From assembly GCF_964194155.1 (NCBI RefSeq), contig NC_135898.1, forward strand, positions 13,578,001 to 13,642,000: a stretch of DNA of 64,000 nucleotides, given 5' to 3'. Shown one piece after another: positions 48,945 to 63,386 of the stretch. The position numbers were made by a program, and so were the translations under genes. Below the pieces are notes generated by a model. The model ran no database searches and was not told where the DNA came from. It saw only the letters and a program-made list of their open reading frames with translations. The stretch's first letter is position 1, and each line of letters begins with the position of its first letter. The stretch is from Cetorhinus maximus (Eukaryota).

Positions 48945-50894
48945 TATCAATGTGCACAGAAAGATTTTTTTCTGCTGCTCTCGTGCGAGAGAATTGTTAG
49001 TGAGGGAATTGGATGAAAGAGGACATGGTGTGAAGAAGGAAAAACTGCCAAGACTTCCTTGTTGCCCAGATTGAAAGATTAGTGCAGACCCAAAGTAACA
49101 CTGAAAGATAGGATTTACCACCTACAATGGCATCTTACTCCAAGAAATAGAGCATTATATGTTGGTACTTTGAGCACATTTTTTTCCTTTGGGGCATGAG
49201 TTTTGTGTGAAGATAAGAAATATCAATGCAGATATGTACCTTATCATAACCTTTGGGCATCCCAAAGTGCTTTACAACCAATGGATTACCATATTAAGTG
49301 CAGTTACTTTTGTTATGATGCACAACAAGGTGCCCCAAACAGTAAATATATGACTGAGACATCTAGAATAAATGATCTATAACAATGATCTATGCCTATA
49401 ACATTTCCTTTATTCCACATAGTTTCTCTCATAAAGACCACTGGGGGAATTTAAACCTACAAAATGGGGGTTAAGATTTGTGTCCATTTTATTGGAGGCA
49501 AGACAATGTGATGGTCCAACCAACCTGCTCTCAGGAGGCTGTTTGTCCATTTATATATTATAATGAGGTTACATGCCTCATGTTAAAAACTATTTAACAT
49601 TTAATCCTGGCTGACTGAGTTTTACGGGTCTCAGAAAACCTGGTAGCTGAAGGGAGGTGAGGATTGTGGGATCCAGGAAGTAGTTGCCTTTTCACTTACT
49701 TGCTGGATCTAGCTTACTTGCTTCACTCGTCCTCATATAATCAGAAATTCCTTTGAATTTTATGATCTTCTCTCTGGCCTCGTATCCTCCCCAGGCTTCT
49801 GACCACCTCTCTGGCCAATAATCTGCCTTCTAGCCTCAAATTTCCCCAACACAGGCCTGATCTTTCCTCTGGCCTCTAATCCTTTCTGACCCTGGCCTTC
49901 GATTTTCCCTCTGGTCTCTGATCTGCTTTCAGGCCTCTGATCTTTCCCCCACTCTCACCTTTCTCATCTTTCTCTCCCTCGTCTCCCCATCCCCCATCTC
50001 CATCTCCTCAACCCCCAGCTGCTGTGTGGTGCCGAAGGCCTGTCCACTCAACAGCCAGCCTCTTGATGGCTGGCTGCAGCAGGAAACAGACAAAAAAAAA
50101 TTAATCAGGTCTTGCTGTTAAATTGGAAATATTCCATGGTGGTGGAATAGCCAGTTCTTAGGCCAGCTGCTGATTAATTTTGAAAACATGCAATATTGGC
50201 CTGAATTGCAAATTCATTTTGAAAACATTTGCTATGTTCATAGGAACATTGGCAGAGGAGTAAGCCATTTAGCTCCAACAGCTTGGTCTGTCGTTCAGTG
50301 AGATTATGGCTGATCTGTGACCTAACTCCATATACTCACCATTCCCTATAGCTCTAAATACCTTTGCTTAACCGAAACCTATCAATCTCAAATTTAAAAT
50401 TAACAATTGTCTCAGCGTCAAACTCCTATCAACTTTTGGGTGCGTAAGTCCTTCCTAGCTTCACGCCTGAAAGACCAGTTTCCAATTTTTAGTCAATGGC
50501 CCTAGAGCTAGATCCCCTCCCCAGCAGAAATAGTTTCTGTCCACTGCAGAATGGCTCAGCTCAGTGTAGCACAAATAAAACTTAACTAGAAAATAATCTT
50601 GTGATTAATGCATTTATTTTCAAAGAAGGTATACTTCAGTGACTGATTAAATTTCGAACCCTCCACGTGGTGTCTTGTAAGTGCTGTGTTGTTGGATCTT
50701 CACCCGACTTAAACCCTGAACTAAAGTACAGTTGCAATAAAATATTGAGTTTTATAGTGAGCAAAGCAGAAAAAAATGAAGCTTGATTTCTTTCCCCCTC
50801 TCAGTTCAAATTATTTCCCCAACCCGGTTGGTGTTGAAGACCGGGGACAGGTCAAATCAACACTCAGGGATCATTTCCAGCACCAAGGACAGCA

Positions 50895-51040
50895 GCACGC
50901 TCATGCGCACAGCCACAGCATGGGGAAATGCGCATTGCGCGCTTGCGCACTGGGTTTGTTGCCGGCCGAGGGCCGTTGGTGCCGGAGTCGCAAGGATCAT
51001 GCGCAGTCTGCCCCCGTCTCCTACAACAGACAAGATGGCG
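50895..51040 (+). promoter_or_regulatory. CpG-rich ATP6V1B2 promoter
   Basis: Several NRF1-like (T)GCGCA/CATGCGCA motifs at 50902-50950 and 50998-51005; YY1 AAGATGGCG overlapping the start codon. Confidence 0.7.
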
Positions 51041-51152
51041 ATGAAGGGGGTCGGGAGGATGGTGAACGGAGCCATGGGCGACATAACGGGCTCGAGGAGC
51101 TTCGAGCACGTCCAGGCGGTCAGCAGGGACTACATGTCGCAGCCAAGGCTTA
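51035..51152 (+). CDS. ATP6V1B2: ATP6V1B2 exon 1
   Basis: MAMKGVGRMVNGAMG...EHVQAVSRDYMSQPRL|gtgagt. Confidence 0.93.
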
Positions 51153-54100
51153 GTGAGTGTTACAATGGGAAAGGGGTGAAACGAGATGATCGAGGATGAC
51201 CACCAACAGTGCGGCCGTGTTTGCAGGAGGTGGCGGGGGAGGGGATGATAAGCCACCCACACACAGTACTGGTGGAAGGACTGATCCTCAACCAACTGTG
51301 TGCCCCCGCCTGCCTACACTGCCAGAGAGGGGAAGAGACATAAAATAATAATACTGAGGATGTCACTGAGTCTTGCCAGGACTGGGGAATTTTAAGTATG
51401 AGGATGGACTGGGGTTGTCTTCTTTGCAAATCTAGTCTAAAACGGTTTCACAAACTAGTTATCTATGTGACCCCATTTTAATACTTCGAAAATTAACATC
51501 ACACCAGATACCAACTGAAAAACAACAACAAACACAGTAACGTTAAGTATTTAATTAAAGTTTGTGCATTACAGATCAATATATAACACATTGTATAAAT
51601 ATAAATATTTGTCTTTTTAAAGTATTTCATAAAAGTATTACTCACCAGTCTAGCCCTTCACCTGAGCTGCTCCAGCTCCCAGTCCTTGGCCAGCTACAGC
51701 AGAAATGTTAGATTTACATTCATATTTGCATTCTGAATTACTTACCTGCACCAACATCATATCTAAAGGCTATCTTGGACGACATTGATTTTAATGTGAA
51801 ACAAATCAGATAAACTCTTAATTTTCTATTGAGGATTTCAGTCCCTCTTGCCATCCTCCATCCACTCACACAAAACAGACACTTTAATCAACTCCGCTCC
51901 TTCCTACCCCCACTCTGATAAATCCAGGTCAGCCAATCAGTGGTGACTCATGGGGAGGCGCGGCAGCTCTGACAACCCAAGGCAGTTTGCAGCAGTGGCC
52001 ATGCAGACGATGTTTTTACATACTTTGAGAAGAAGAAAAAAATCCCAAGCTAGGGTCAGATGCCACTTGGCCCTTGACGCGATGTGCAGTCTTTGAGGCA
52101 GGGGAGCGTGTGACCCTAAATGCTCTTACCCACTATTTAGGAACTGCTGGTCTAAGGGGAGATTTAAGTGAGATGTATACATTTATGATGGACCTAGACA
52201 GAGTGGATAGGAATTATCTGTTTCCCTTAGCAGAGAGGTCAATAATCGGGGGCACAGACTTGAATTAAATGGTAGAAGGATTAGAGGAGAGTTGAGAAAT
52301 TCTTTTCACCACGAGGGTGATTAGAGCCTGGAACACACTGTCTGAAAGTCAAGGCAAAAACTCATCGTTTTAAAAATAATGCTGAGATAGGCTCCTTGTG
52401 GCTGTGTGGGAACAGGCATTCACATGTGCCAGTGGAGAGGGTGACAATTCTGACAGAAGTTGGATAACCTGAAATATTAACTTTTTCTCTCTCCAAAGAT
52501 GCTGCCTGACCTGCTGGATATTTCCAGCTTTTCTTTTGCTTACAATCTGTGCTGGAGTGAGGGCAGGGGAGACACTCTGCTGGAGTGAAATTGGGAAGGT
52601 GGACGAGACAGGTTTACACATAGCTGGAGTGGGGGGAATAAATGGCCCCAAACAATGCTGGATGTCAGGAGAGGGGGTGGGGGAATAGGCAGTCACACAT
52701 TGTGCTAGAAGGAGGGAAGAAGGAGGTATTTCTGTCACTGCCATGGTGCCAGAACAATGGGGAAGCATTTCAGTCCCTCACTCACATGTGGTTGGGGTGG
52801 AGCAAGTATTTCTGTGAGACACGGGATCTGATAACATGTTCTCTAATTTGAAAATTCTTTAAGGGGATAACTTCTCAGTCTTGGTCTCATTTATTCTTTG
52901 CTAACCTGCATCATGCTTTTGTGTAGAAGTTTCCTGCAGTGACTACATGCTGTTCAACTGTTAATATTTTCATTTCATGATGTCACTGCAGGGAAAACAT
53001 TACAGAGAAAACCTTTGCCTGAACACCTGAAGAGCCATTATGGTAGATTGTCCATACTCCAGCCCTTGGGTCAAACCCTGCTTCATTAACAATTTCACCT
53101 GGGCCACAAAGCTTTGCCTTTTAATTTGTCCCTTTCCTCTATGAGGTGCCAGGTCAATGAAGTGATGTCTTTTGTCATGCTCACAAGTGGTCACCTCTGG
53201 CAAAACCCAGCAGCAAAAACAGCTGATTCTCCAGAAGGATTTTGGAAATTTTAAAGAACAGGCAGCATTACCATCTTTCTTTTTAACAGGAGTGCACTGG
53301 GCTGATAAGGACCTCTCCTCCAGCAGTCCTCTCCTGCTCTGGTTAGGATGTGCCTCAGGAATTCACTTAACCTCAGACCTTGACTGGAGCAAAAATGAAA
53401 ATGTAAATGGCCTTTTCAATGGATTCAAAAAATGGACAGATTTACTCACTGTTCTGCTCAACCCGACATAGGAAGTGGAGTGGACCATTCTGTGAGATCA
53501 TGGCTGACCTGTGCCTCAACTCCATTTCCCCGTCTTTGATCCATGTCCATTGATACCCTTTACGTAATAAAAAATCGATGGATTGGAGTCTTGATTGCTT
53601 CGATTGACTCAGCATTCACAGTCCTTTGGGGGAGTGAGTTCTAGATTTCTGCTAGCTTTTGTGTGACAGATGCTTCCTGATTTCACTTTTAAATGGCCTA
53701 GTGCTGATTTTGAGGTTGTTTCTTCTGAATTCCTCTACCATATTGATTCTGTTAATCATTTCAAATATCTTGATTAGATCACCCTTAACCCTCTAAACTC
53801 AATTGCACAAGTGTAATTTATGCAATTTTCCATCATCATAACACTTTAAGCCCTCGTAAATCTGTGCTGTATCCCTTACACGTTCTTGTTGAGATTTGGT
53901 GCCCAAAAGTGACACACAGTTCCAGGTGGGATCTGACTAAGGTTCTGTACGATTGAAGCATAACTTCCTCCCTTTTGCCTTACAGCCCTTTTAAGAGAAG
54001 GACCAACATTCTATTGACCTTTTAGATAGTTTTTGTACCTGTCTACTAGTTTTTGGTCATTTATGTACAATGACACCTCTTCCACAGCTCCTAGTCTGTC

Positions 54101-54685
54101 AAATTCTGATTTGTCTTCCTCAGATTAAAGTGAATGAGCTGCCTTTTCTCTAAACATCTATTTTATATTTCATAATTAACAGCATTGAATAACAAGTTTT
54201 TCAGTGTACTATCAATGCTGGAGTTTGATACAGCTTCACCTGTTCTCTAAATATTAATGATTGATATAATTGAAACAATTTGATGTTTCAATTGGAGCCT
54301 TGTATAAGCCAACTGAACATGTACCCTTTACATTGTTAACAGTGTCATGACTGGACTTGCCTTGGCTTGCATTTTTAAAAAAAATTGTTCATGGGATGTG
54401 GGTGACGCTGGCCAGCATTCATTGCACTAATGACCTAAAATGTCTGATGCTAATCTCAAACCAATCCCTCCTGTTCATTTGAAATGCATGTGGGCATATG
54501 GTAGCCAATTGGAAATGAGGTGCTGCAGAATTCCACTTGTACTTTGGCAATACGTACAATTTTACATTTTGACTAACGTAAGTTTAAAATTCAACAAAGT
54601 TAAGATGTATTTTGCAGCCCAGTAACCAAGTTCTGGGTTTATTAACTTCGATACAAATGAATTAATGCAGCATTTTACTTTACAG

Positions 54686-54741
54686 CTTACAAAACTGTGT
54701 CTGGTGTTAATGGGCCGTTGGTAATCCTGGACCAAGTCAAG
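54686..54741 (+). CDS. ATP6V1B2: ATP6V1B2 exon 2
   Basis: TYKTVSGVNGPLVILDQVK. Confidence 0.96.
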
Positions 54742-57171
54742 GTACAGACCTCAATGTTCTCTGTCATATTACATAGAATTCCACAGTAGTTTCAATGGAC
54801 AAGTTCAGTGCATTCAGTCTTTGGTGTTTAGCCTTCATATCAGCAGTGATCCTAATCCCAGGCAAATGTCCTGTTCCCATAACTCTTTGTCCCTTTTTCT
54901 GTTAACCTGTTGTTAAATGTTAACCTAATCACTGCCCCATTCACTACACAGCCTTTCCACACCTAGTGTTTTTATAAAAGTTTTCCCTTCACTTTATTCC
55001 AAATCTTTTATGTTTAGCCTTATATATGTGACCCCCATCTTCCTAGACCACTCAATCACTGGAAGCAGACTGTATCTATCTCCTCTGTCGCTTCCCTTCA
55101 TAATTTTAACTGTTGAATCATCCCTTAATTTCCTTCTGTAATGAAATGGCTCCAATTTTGCAAGTCTTTTTATTTGCTCATATCTGTGCCCTACCCACTT
55201 TTGCTCCAACATGCTTCCAATAGTATTGAGCCCATAGTACTCCACCAGTGGTCTTACTAAGGTTTTACATAGATTCACCATTCAACTTTTATATTCTCTA
55301 CTTCTTGCCATAAAATTCCATTTGAGGAGCTCTTTGGATTATATTGTGAATTGGACACAAATCCCTCTACTCTACCACAGCAACTAGCCTTCCTCCACCC
55401 GAGTGTAACCATTACTTTTTAATCAAGATGTATCACTTCAGTTGCTGACAAATTTAGTTTGCCATTAATAATGAAAGAGATTAAAACCATTTTAAAACTT
55501 GGAATAATCTTGGTTTTTACTGGTACTCGTTTTATTGGTACTTCATTTTTCCCGCTTTACTTTATTTACCTAACTTTATTTGGACTTGAAAACATATCGC
55601 TGTTCCTTTGCTGCCACTGTCAAAGTTCTGAAACTGCTTCCTTAACAGCACTGTGGTTGTACCAACACCGCTTGCAGCAGTTCAAGGAAGTGATTCACAA
55701 CTGCCATCTTTTGGAGGGCAATTAGGGATAGGCAACAAATGCTGGCCTTTCCAGTGATGCCCACATCCCATGAGCAAATTAAGAAAACTTTGCAACCTGA
55801 TTTTTAAAAATTCTACTGTTGACCTTCAGTCCTATGTGCCTAACTTCTCTTTCTACCTCTGTGTGCTCAGGCATCATCTTTACAGAACCTGCTCTGTTCT
55901 AAACTTATTTCTGTATTAACTTGGTATTTTGACCTGAAGTCACATCATATTGTAGTCACTACTTTTGATATGCTCATCCAGCATTTGTCTCAGGTAGCTC
56001 ATCAATTTTGTTACACATAACCAAATCTATTAATGCCCTTTCACTGTAAACAGACAAACAAACTTCTTGGTGAAGGAGTCATGCACACATTTTAGGAATT
56101 CTATTCCCTTTTCTCGATTAACACCCTCACTGTCCTAATCAATGCATAATTAAAACCCACTGAAACAATCATTTTTAGCTGCGCTTAACGCGCACAACAA
56201 ACTTCAAAAGTACAGAGATAGACTGGTGAAATGAGTAGACACATGGCATTTAAGTGTGAAGTGACACCTCTTATGAGGAATGGCATGGAGATACATATCA
56301 ACAAAATGAAAATATTTCTTGGGATGGAAGAGCAGAGAGACGTGGGGGTGCATATACATAAATCTTTGAAGGTGACAGGGTAAGTTGATGAGGCATTTAA
56401 CAAAGCGTGTGGAAGGCAAGGAAGTCAAAATAAGCCTTTATAAATCACTGGGCCTGAACTGGAGTATTATGTGCAAATCGGCTGCCATACTTTAGGAATG
56501 ATGTCAAGGCCTTAGATGGGTACAGAGGAGATCCCTCAATGAAATTTAAACCCATCAATTCCATTGTGGCCTGCCAAAATCCCAGCCAATTAGAGTCCTC
56601 CGGCTGCTTTTTTCGCTTTATGACAAATTGAATTTGATAGGGCAGTGCTGCACCTGATGTGATGTCACCATGTTGTAATGCCTCATGATGGGAGTTATAG
56701 TTTCTTCCACTTCTTGGTGGTTGCTACTGTTGACTGGTTGGTCCAGCTGTGACTCAGAATTATCCGTGCGCATCTGTACTGGTTTACATTTTATGTTATC
56801 ATGCTGCCAAGAATCCAATCAGATCACTGTTTTTCAACGAATGATGAGCTTTGCATTGTATTAATATATTTGCTTAAAATATATTTTGAAATCTCTCAGA
56901 TTGCTTTCAATAGCCAATAGGAGATCAAGGCTGATTCTAGTAGACTCCCAGTCAAACCGGGAGGGTTGACAGCTCTATAGTTGAGGTCACTGAGGTGCAA
57001 AATGTATGTTGTCACGTAAAGCAGTGGCCATCCTTCAGACAGCAATTAGTGATATTTAGAAGCTGCCATAATACCAGATGAGATTGTGTCCAATGCTTTG
57101 ATTTAAAGTGTTGATATTTTCAGTGTCTGTCACATAAGGAATCCACTATCTGTAAAATGTTTTACCTCTAG

Positions 57172-57273
<102 letters not shown>

Positions 57274-57699
57274 TGATGAGGCATTCAGTCCATCAGTATC
57301 CAGGTAAACTGGCAACGTGCATTTAACATCGAACAGAATGTGGATGACGATGTGCTCAGCCGCTCAATCAGCATTTTCAATAGAGGTTAACATTTCTGGT
57401 TCTAAAAAAGGGTTAAACCCAAATAATTAACTTATCTCTTTCAGACACTGACTGTCCTGCAGCATTTGCAACTGGTATTTCAACTTCCCAACATTTGTTC
57501 CACCAAGTTTCTGCTATTAGTATCTAAACTCTTGATTCTTATCGCTCTGTTAGTTCTGCCCATATTGTCATTTCTCTGAGGCTCCCTTCTTTCCCTTAGG
57601 CATATGCTTGGCCTGTGCTCTGCCAGTGGTATGGCTGAGATCAGCCACTCAGGTAAATTTCTATTCTGTCATTCTGTGACATATGTCATGGGTTTGGTA

Positions 57700-58090
57700 G
57701 TTGTTTTGGTTATATTACTGGGCTATTAATGCATAGGCCCGGACTCATAATCCAATATTCACAAACATGAGTCAAATTCCACCAGAGAATTTGAATCCAG
57801 TTTAAAGTTACATCTGCAACTAACATCTGGCATCGGTGAAAGTGGCCACGCAGCTCAGATTGTTGGAAAAACCCAGCTGGTTCTCTAATGTCCTTTGAGG
57901 GAAAGAAACCTGCTATACGCACATCCAAAGAGATTCCGGTGCTACACCAAGGTGGTTGGCTCCAAACTGACTGCCTAGCAGGTCACTCAGTTGGACCAAA
58001 CTACTACAGTTACAGCAGTCCAAGAAGGCACACCACTGCCTTGTTGTGGCATCTCGGGATGGGGAATAAATACCATTCCAGCCCCAATAC
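57700..58090 (+). mobile_element. Decayed HE1 SINE
   Basis: caaattccacca and aaaacccagctggttctctaatgtcctttgagggaaagaaacctgc core. Confidence 0.6.
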
Positions 58091-58650
58091 ATCTGTGTTC
58101 AACTGTCATTTACTATTTCAGTACATTTTTGGAACACATTTATTTTCCAAACTAATGTTTGAGTGTCACTGAGGCATTGTGCATCAATAGTTAACTCAGT
58201 GTTTGTCATCAGGACTGTGCTTACAATCTCTTGTCACCAAACAGTTAGAAGAGGGTATTAGACCATTCTGAAGTTGTGACAACCTCACAGCTTGAGCAGT
58301 ATAAATTTAGGAGAGTGAAACCATTGAATGAGTCACCATAAAGTATTCAACTAAGGAGAGAACTTTGATTGTCCAACTCTGCTAGACAAGAGAATCGTAG
58401 GCAGATAGTCTCATAAATTGTCTTACACACCAGACAGATGCAAGTTGTTTTATGCACACAAAATACCTCTGCTGTAGCCACGTGGTTGACTAAAGATAAA
58501 TTATGCTGTGAATGTTGTTCAATGGTGTTGTTCCACAATATGCCCCATGTGTGTCATGTTTTTAGTGGTGAGAAATCTCACCATTAGGGACAGTGAAATA
58601 TAAGCCACACCCATGGAATATTACACATTTTCCTTTTTATCCTGTTTTAA

Positions 58651-58875
<225 letters not shown>

Positions 58876-59640
58876 TGATCATAGACAAGGGCCAAATGCA
58901 AATGCAGCGCTATATGGCAGACCAGTTTACTTTAAGTTACTTGTTAAAATACTTTTTGTTGATTAAGTGCAGGATGTTAGCACTTTCCCATCTTGATTAA
59001 CGGTGGGAGTATCAAATGTTTCCAGTTAGATACTGGTTAACGCTCTGTAACAATGTGGCTCAGCTCAAGAAGAGCACACCAACTGCAGCAGTTTGGTTTT
59101 TTTTTCCCTCTATCTTGGCATTGCAACCACCTGAACCAGTTTTAGGAGGAGGTTTGTGCTGAGGGTCAGTGCCCACCAGGAATCAAGTAACGACTACCTG
59201 AATTAATTTCACTTGAAGCAAGCAGACAGACTGGATTCAAACCCAGGTCTCAGACGAATGGACAGAGTCTAGTATAGTGCACCTTCAGCCCTCCTATCTT
59301 TTAATATTTTATACCTTGCTGAGTTAGATATATTCTTGATTGAGAAGTGTGTCAAAGGGTATAGGGGGTGGACAAGAAAGTGGAGTTGAGGCCACAATCA
59401 CATCAGCCATAGTCTTATTGAATGTTGGAGCAGGCTGGAGTGGCAAATGGCCTACTTGCGCTCCTAATTTGTATGTTCATAGATGATACTTTGTTGTGCT
59501 TCAACGACATGAATGAAATCTAGACTTCTGTCTGTATGGTACAGTGGTAAAATATGTTCTGTGAAATACAGTCATAGAAGCAGTGAAGAAAATTGTTTCA
59601 GGATTTTTGTACAAAATGTAATTTTTTTTGTTTATTCCAG

Positions 59641-59718
59641 GTCGTGTATTCAATGGATCTGGAAAGCCAATTGACCAAGGTCCCACTGTCCTTGCTGAGG
59701 ACTACTTGGACATTATGG
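59641..59718 (+). CDS. ATP6V1B2: ATP6V1B2 exon 5
   Basis: [26 protein letters not shown]. Confidence 0.96.
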
Positions 59719-60009
59719 GTATGGGGGATACTTATATTATTGAACTTTTTCCCCGTAAATACTGCAGTAAAATTAAACCAATTCCTTCTCCGAAGTCCCT
59801 CCAGCCAAACCCCCTAACACTCTTCTTGAAAGTGCTGATCTATGCTCAGATGTGATTCCATTGGTGCCTTTCATCTTCTGCTACATCAATTTTGTGCTTT
59901 TCTTCCTGCATAAGTCAGATTTTGAGTGCTCAGCATATTTTTTTTGCATGTTGCATCACGCAGAGCCTCACGTCCACAATTGATGTTCACATACTGTACA
60001 TTCAGCATA

Positions 60010-62120
60010 CAACAGATAATGATCAAGAATGGCGAGAGTAAACTGGATACAACTATTAGAAGGAAAGACTGTGTCAAATCAGTGGGAGGCATTCAAAGGC
60101 GAGATTGTACGGGCACAGTGTCAACCTGTCCCCATAAAGAAAAAGGGTGGTACTGCCAAATCTAGAAACCCCTGTTTATCCAGAAGCATACAGGCCAAGA
60201 TAAAGCAGAAAAAGAAAGCTCATGACAGCCACAAAAGACAACACTGTAGAAAGCCTAGAGGAGTATATTACAGGGGTGAAGTAAAAATGGAAATTAGGAA
60301 AGCAAAGAGACGATACAAAAAAATATCGGCAGGTAAAGTAAAAGAAAATCCTAAGATGTTTTACCAGTACATTGAGAGCAAGAGAATAACTAAGGAAAAG
60401 GTAGGGCCTATCAGGGATGTACATGGTAACTTGTGGGTTGATGTAGAAGATGTGGGCAAGGTTCTCAATGAGCACTTTGTCTGTCTTCACTAAGGAGCGG
60501 GATTTTTAGTTACGACATATTAGTTAAAGAGGAGAAGTGTGCAGTCAGCATAGTGAGAGAGGATGTACTGGCATTCTTGAAGGTGGATAAGTCACAGGGC
60601 CAGATGGATTGTATCCCAGGCTGTTGAAGGAAGCCAGGGAGGAAAGAGCGGATGCTCTGAGGATCATATTCCAATTCTCACTAGATAGAGATGAGGTCCC
60701 AGAGGATTGGGGGACTTCGAACATTGTACCATTACTTAGAAAGGGTGCGAGGGATAGGCCAGAAAATTATAGGTCGCTCAGCCTGACTTCGGTGGTGGGA
60801 AAATTATTGGAAACAATTCTGAGAGGTTAAACTGTCACTTAGGAAGGCATGGATTGACTAGGGATAGTCAGCATGGTTTTGTTAGGAGAAGATTGTGTCT
60901 TACTAACTTAATAGAATTTTTTGAGGAAGTAACGAAGAGAATTGATGAAGGTAGAGCAGTGGATGTTGTCTACATGGATTTCAGTAAGGCATTTACCACA
61001 TGGCAGACTGGTCAGGAAAGTGAGATTTCATGGGATATAGGGGAAGGTGGCAGGTTGGATCCAACATTGGCTCAGTCACAGGAAACAGGATAATGGTTGA
61101 TGGATGTTTTTGCGAATAGAAAATGGTTTCCAGTGGTGTTCCAAGGGCACAGTGTTGGGGCCGTTGCTGTTTGTTGTACATACTTGTGATTTAGACTTAA
61201 GTGTGGGAGGCATAATTGGGAAATTTGCAGATGACAAAAATTGGCCGTGTAGTTGATAGTGAGGAGGATAGCTGTCAATGATATCAATGGTTTGGTTGAG
61301 TGGGCGGAGAAGTGGCAAATGGAATTCAATCCAGAAAATGCATTTGGGAAGGGCAAACAAAGCAAAGGAATACTCAATAAACAGCAAGTTTTTGAGAGGG
61401 GTTGAGGAAGTGAGACCTTGGAGTGCATGTCCACAGGTCCTTGAAGGTGGCAGGACAGGTGGACAAGGCAGTCAAGGAAGCATATGGAATGCTTTCCTTT
61501 ATTGGGTGAGGTATTGAATCCAAAAGTAGGGATGTAATGATGGAACTGTATAAAATGGTGGTTAGGCCACAGCTAGAATTTTGTGTACAGTTCTGGTCAC
61601 CACATTACAGGAAAGACATAATTGTTCTGGGGAGAGTGCAGAGGAGATCTACAAGAATGTTGCCAGGGCTTGAAAACTGCATTTATGAGGGGAGATTGGT
61701 TAGGCTAGGGTTGTTTTTGTTAGAACAGAGGAGGCTAAGGGGTGACCTAATTGAGGTGTATACAATTATGAAGGGCCTAGCTAGAGTAGTAGATGGGAAA
61801 GACTTGTTTCTCCGAGCTGAGGGGTCAATTAACACGGGGCATAGATTTATGGTGATTGATAGAAGGATTAGAGGGGATATAAACTTTATCATCCAGAGGG
61901 TGGTGGGTGTCTGGAGTTCACTGCCTAAGTTGGTGGTTGAGGCCAAAACGTTTAACTTATTTAAAAGGTACCTGGATCTGCATCTGAAGTGCTGTAACCT
62001 GCAAGGCTACTGTCCAGGTGCTGGAAAGTGGGATTAAAATGAGCGGCTAGTTTCTTTTGGCCGGCGCAGACACAATGGGCTGAATGGCCTCTTTCTGCAC
62101 CATACCTTTTCTGTGGCTCT
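60010..62120 (+). mobile_element. CR1 LINE ORF2 and 3' UTR in ATP6V1B2 intron 5
   Basis: KENPKMFYQYI, PENYRSLSLTSVVGKLLE, SQHGF...YMDFSKAF, FADD, RPQLEFCVQFWSP; frameshifted. Confidence 0.9.
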
Positions 62121-62254
62121 AACAGGAACTCTAATCAATTATCTCCTCTCAAACCCAGGACTAACTTGGCTAAATATGGTGAAAATTTTTAACCACTGAA
62201 ATTTATGCTAACTGTTAAATGATCTCGCATTTGTTCCAAACCTCCTTCTTACTT

Positions 62255-62391
62255 AGTTCTGTTGAAGAGTCATACGGACTCGAAACGTTAACTGTGTTCC
62301 TCTCCGCAGATGCTGCCAGACCTGCTGAGTTTTTCCAGGTATTTTTATTTTTGTTTTGGATTTCCAGCATCCGCAGTTTTTTGCTTTTATC
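62255..62391 (+). mobile_element. Penelope-type terminal fragment with hammerhead-like motif (62255-62293)
   Basis: agtt-CTGTTGA-a-GAGTC-atacg-GACTC-GAAAC-GTT-aact followed by gatgctgccagacctgctgag...gatttccagcatccgcag. Confidence 0.65.
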
Positions 62392-63386
62392 CTTTTAATG
62401 TGTTCATGTTCCTACCTGAAGTGTCACTGGACTTTGAGAGAAAAAAATGCTAAACTGACACTTCAGTCTGATACTGAGAAAATTCTGCAATATCTGGGAT
62501 GCGCTCTTTTGACTGACACATTAAACAAAGGCTTGTCTGCTTGCTGAGGTGAGGGTTAAAGCTGCCATGGCACAATTCAAAGAAGTACAGGGAGTTGGGT
62601 ACATGGGCGAGCCAACATTCTTTCTTCAACTAATGTCACCAAAAATAGATTATGATTGTCATTGATGCTTGTGACAGCTTGCTGTGTAATATCTCTACCT
62701 GTGTAGTAAATACTGTACCTTGGGACATTCGTGGGAAGAAGTTTGGGACATTTGATATCTGATAACAAACTCTGTAAATCATTGGCCCTGATTTTGCTGC
62801 TTTAATAACGGTGAGTTTAATGCACGGGCTATTATTATGTAAATCATCCAGCAACTTGTGGTGAGGAAGAGATACCCTATGAATTGTAAAGCTCCAGAAG
62901 TTGCTGCATGATTTGCTCTGCCATTAGCCTTGTGAAAAGGACAGTTCACTCTCTGCCCATTAAATGCATTGTACATTGTTGTCAGAGTTTTTTTTAATAT
63001 AAATTTTAGACTTTTTCTTCTCCTTTTCTGTCTCCCTTTTCTCACTTAATTTCCTCCCTTCTCTTTATTTATCTTTCTGTACTTGCTTTGACTCTAGTTG
63101 GCCCCATCCCTCTCCATTACTTTTCTGTTTATCTGAAACCTTAAAATATTTAAAAGAATATACTGTTAGTCCCATCATTCACTGAGATTCTAGAATCCCC
63201 GTTGCCCTTGCCATGCTATTACTAGCTTGCACTTCCAGCAGGGCACGTTTTTGAATGTTGAAGGAAAAGTCTAACTGAGGGTCACACTGCAGGATGTTCC
63301 ACTTCAGTAAAATCTACTTCAATCTTGCTAGCTGGTTACAGTTCGTTTTCTTTAAATTATGTTTCACCATTGCTGGGATTTCTTAG

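Noticed and set aside
50662-50670. TFEB CLEAR element for ATP6V1B2
   Set aside because: CCACGTGG is an E-box but lacks the TCACGTGA flanks of CLEAR; a single site is weak evidence
60029-62037. Active reverse transcriptase or retron-like system
   Set aside because: Fragmented CR1 ORF2 with frameshifts and stops; ordinary LINE decay
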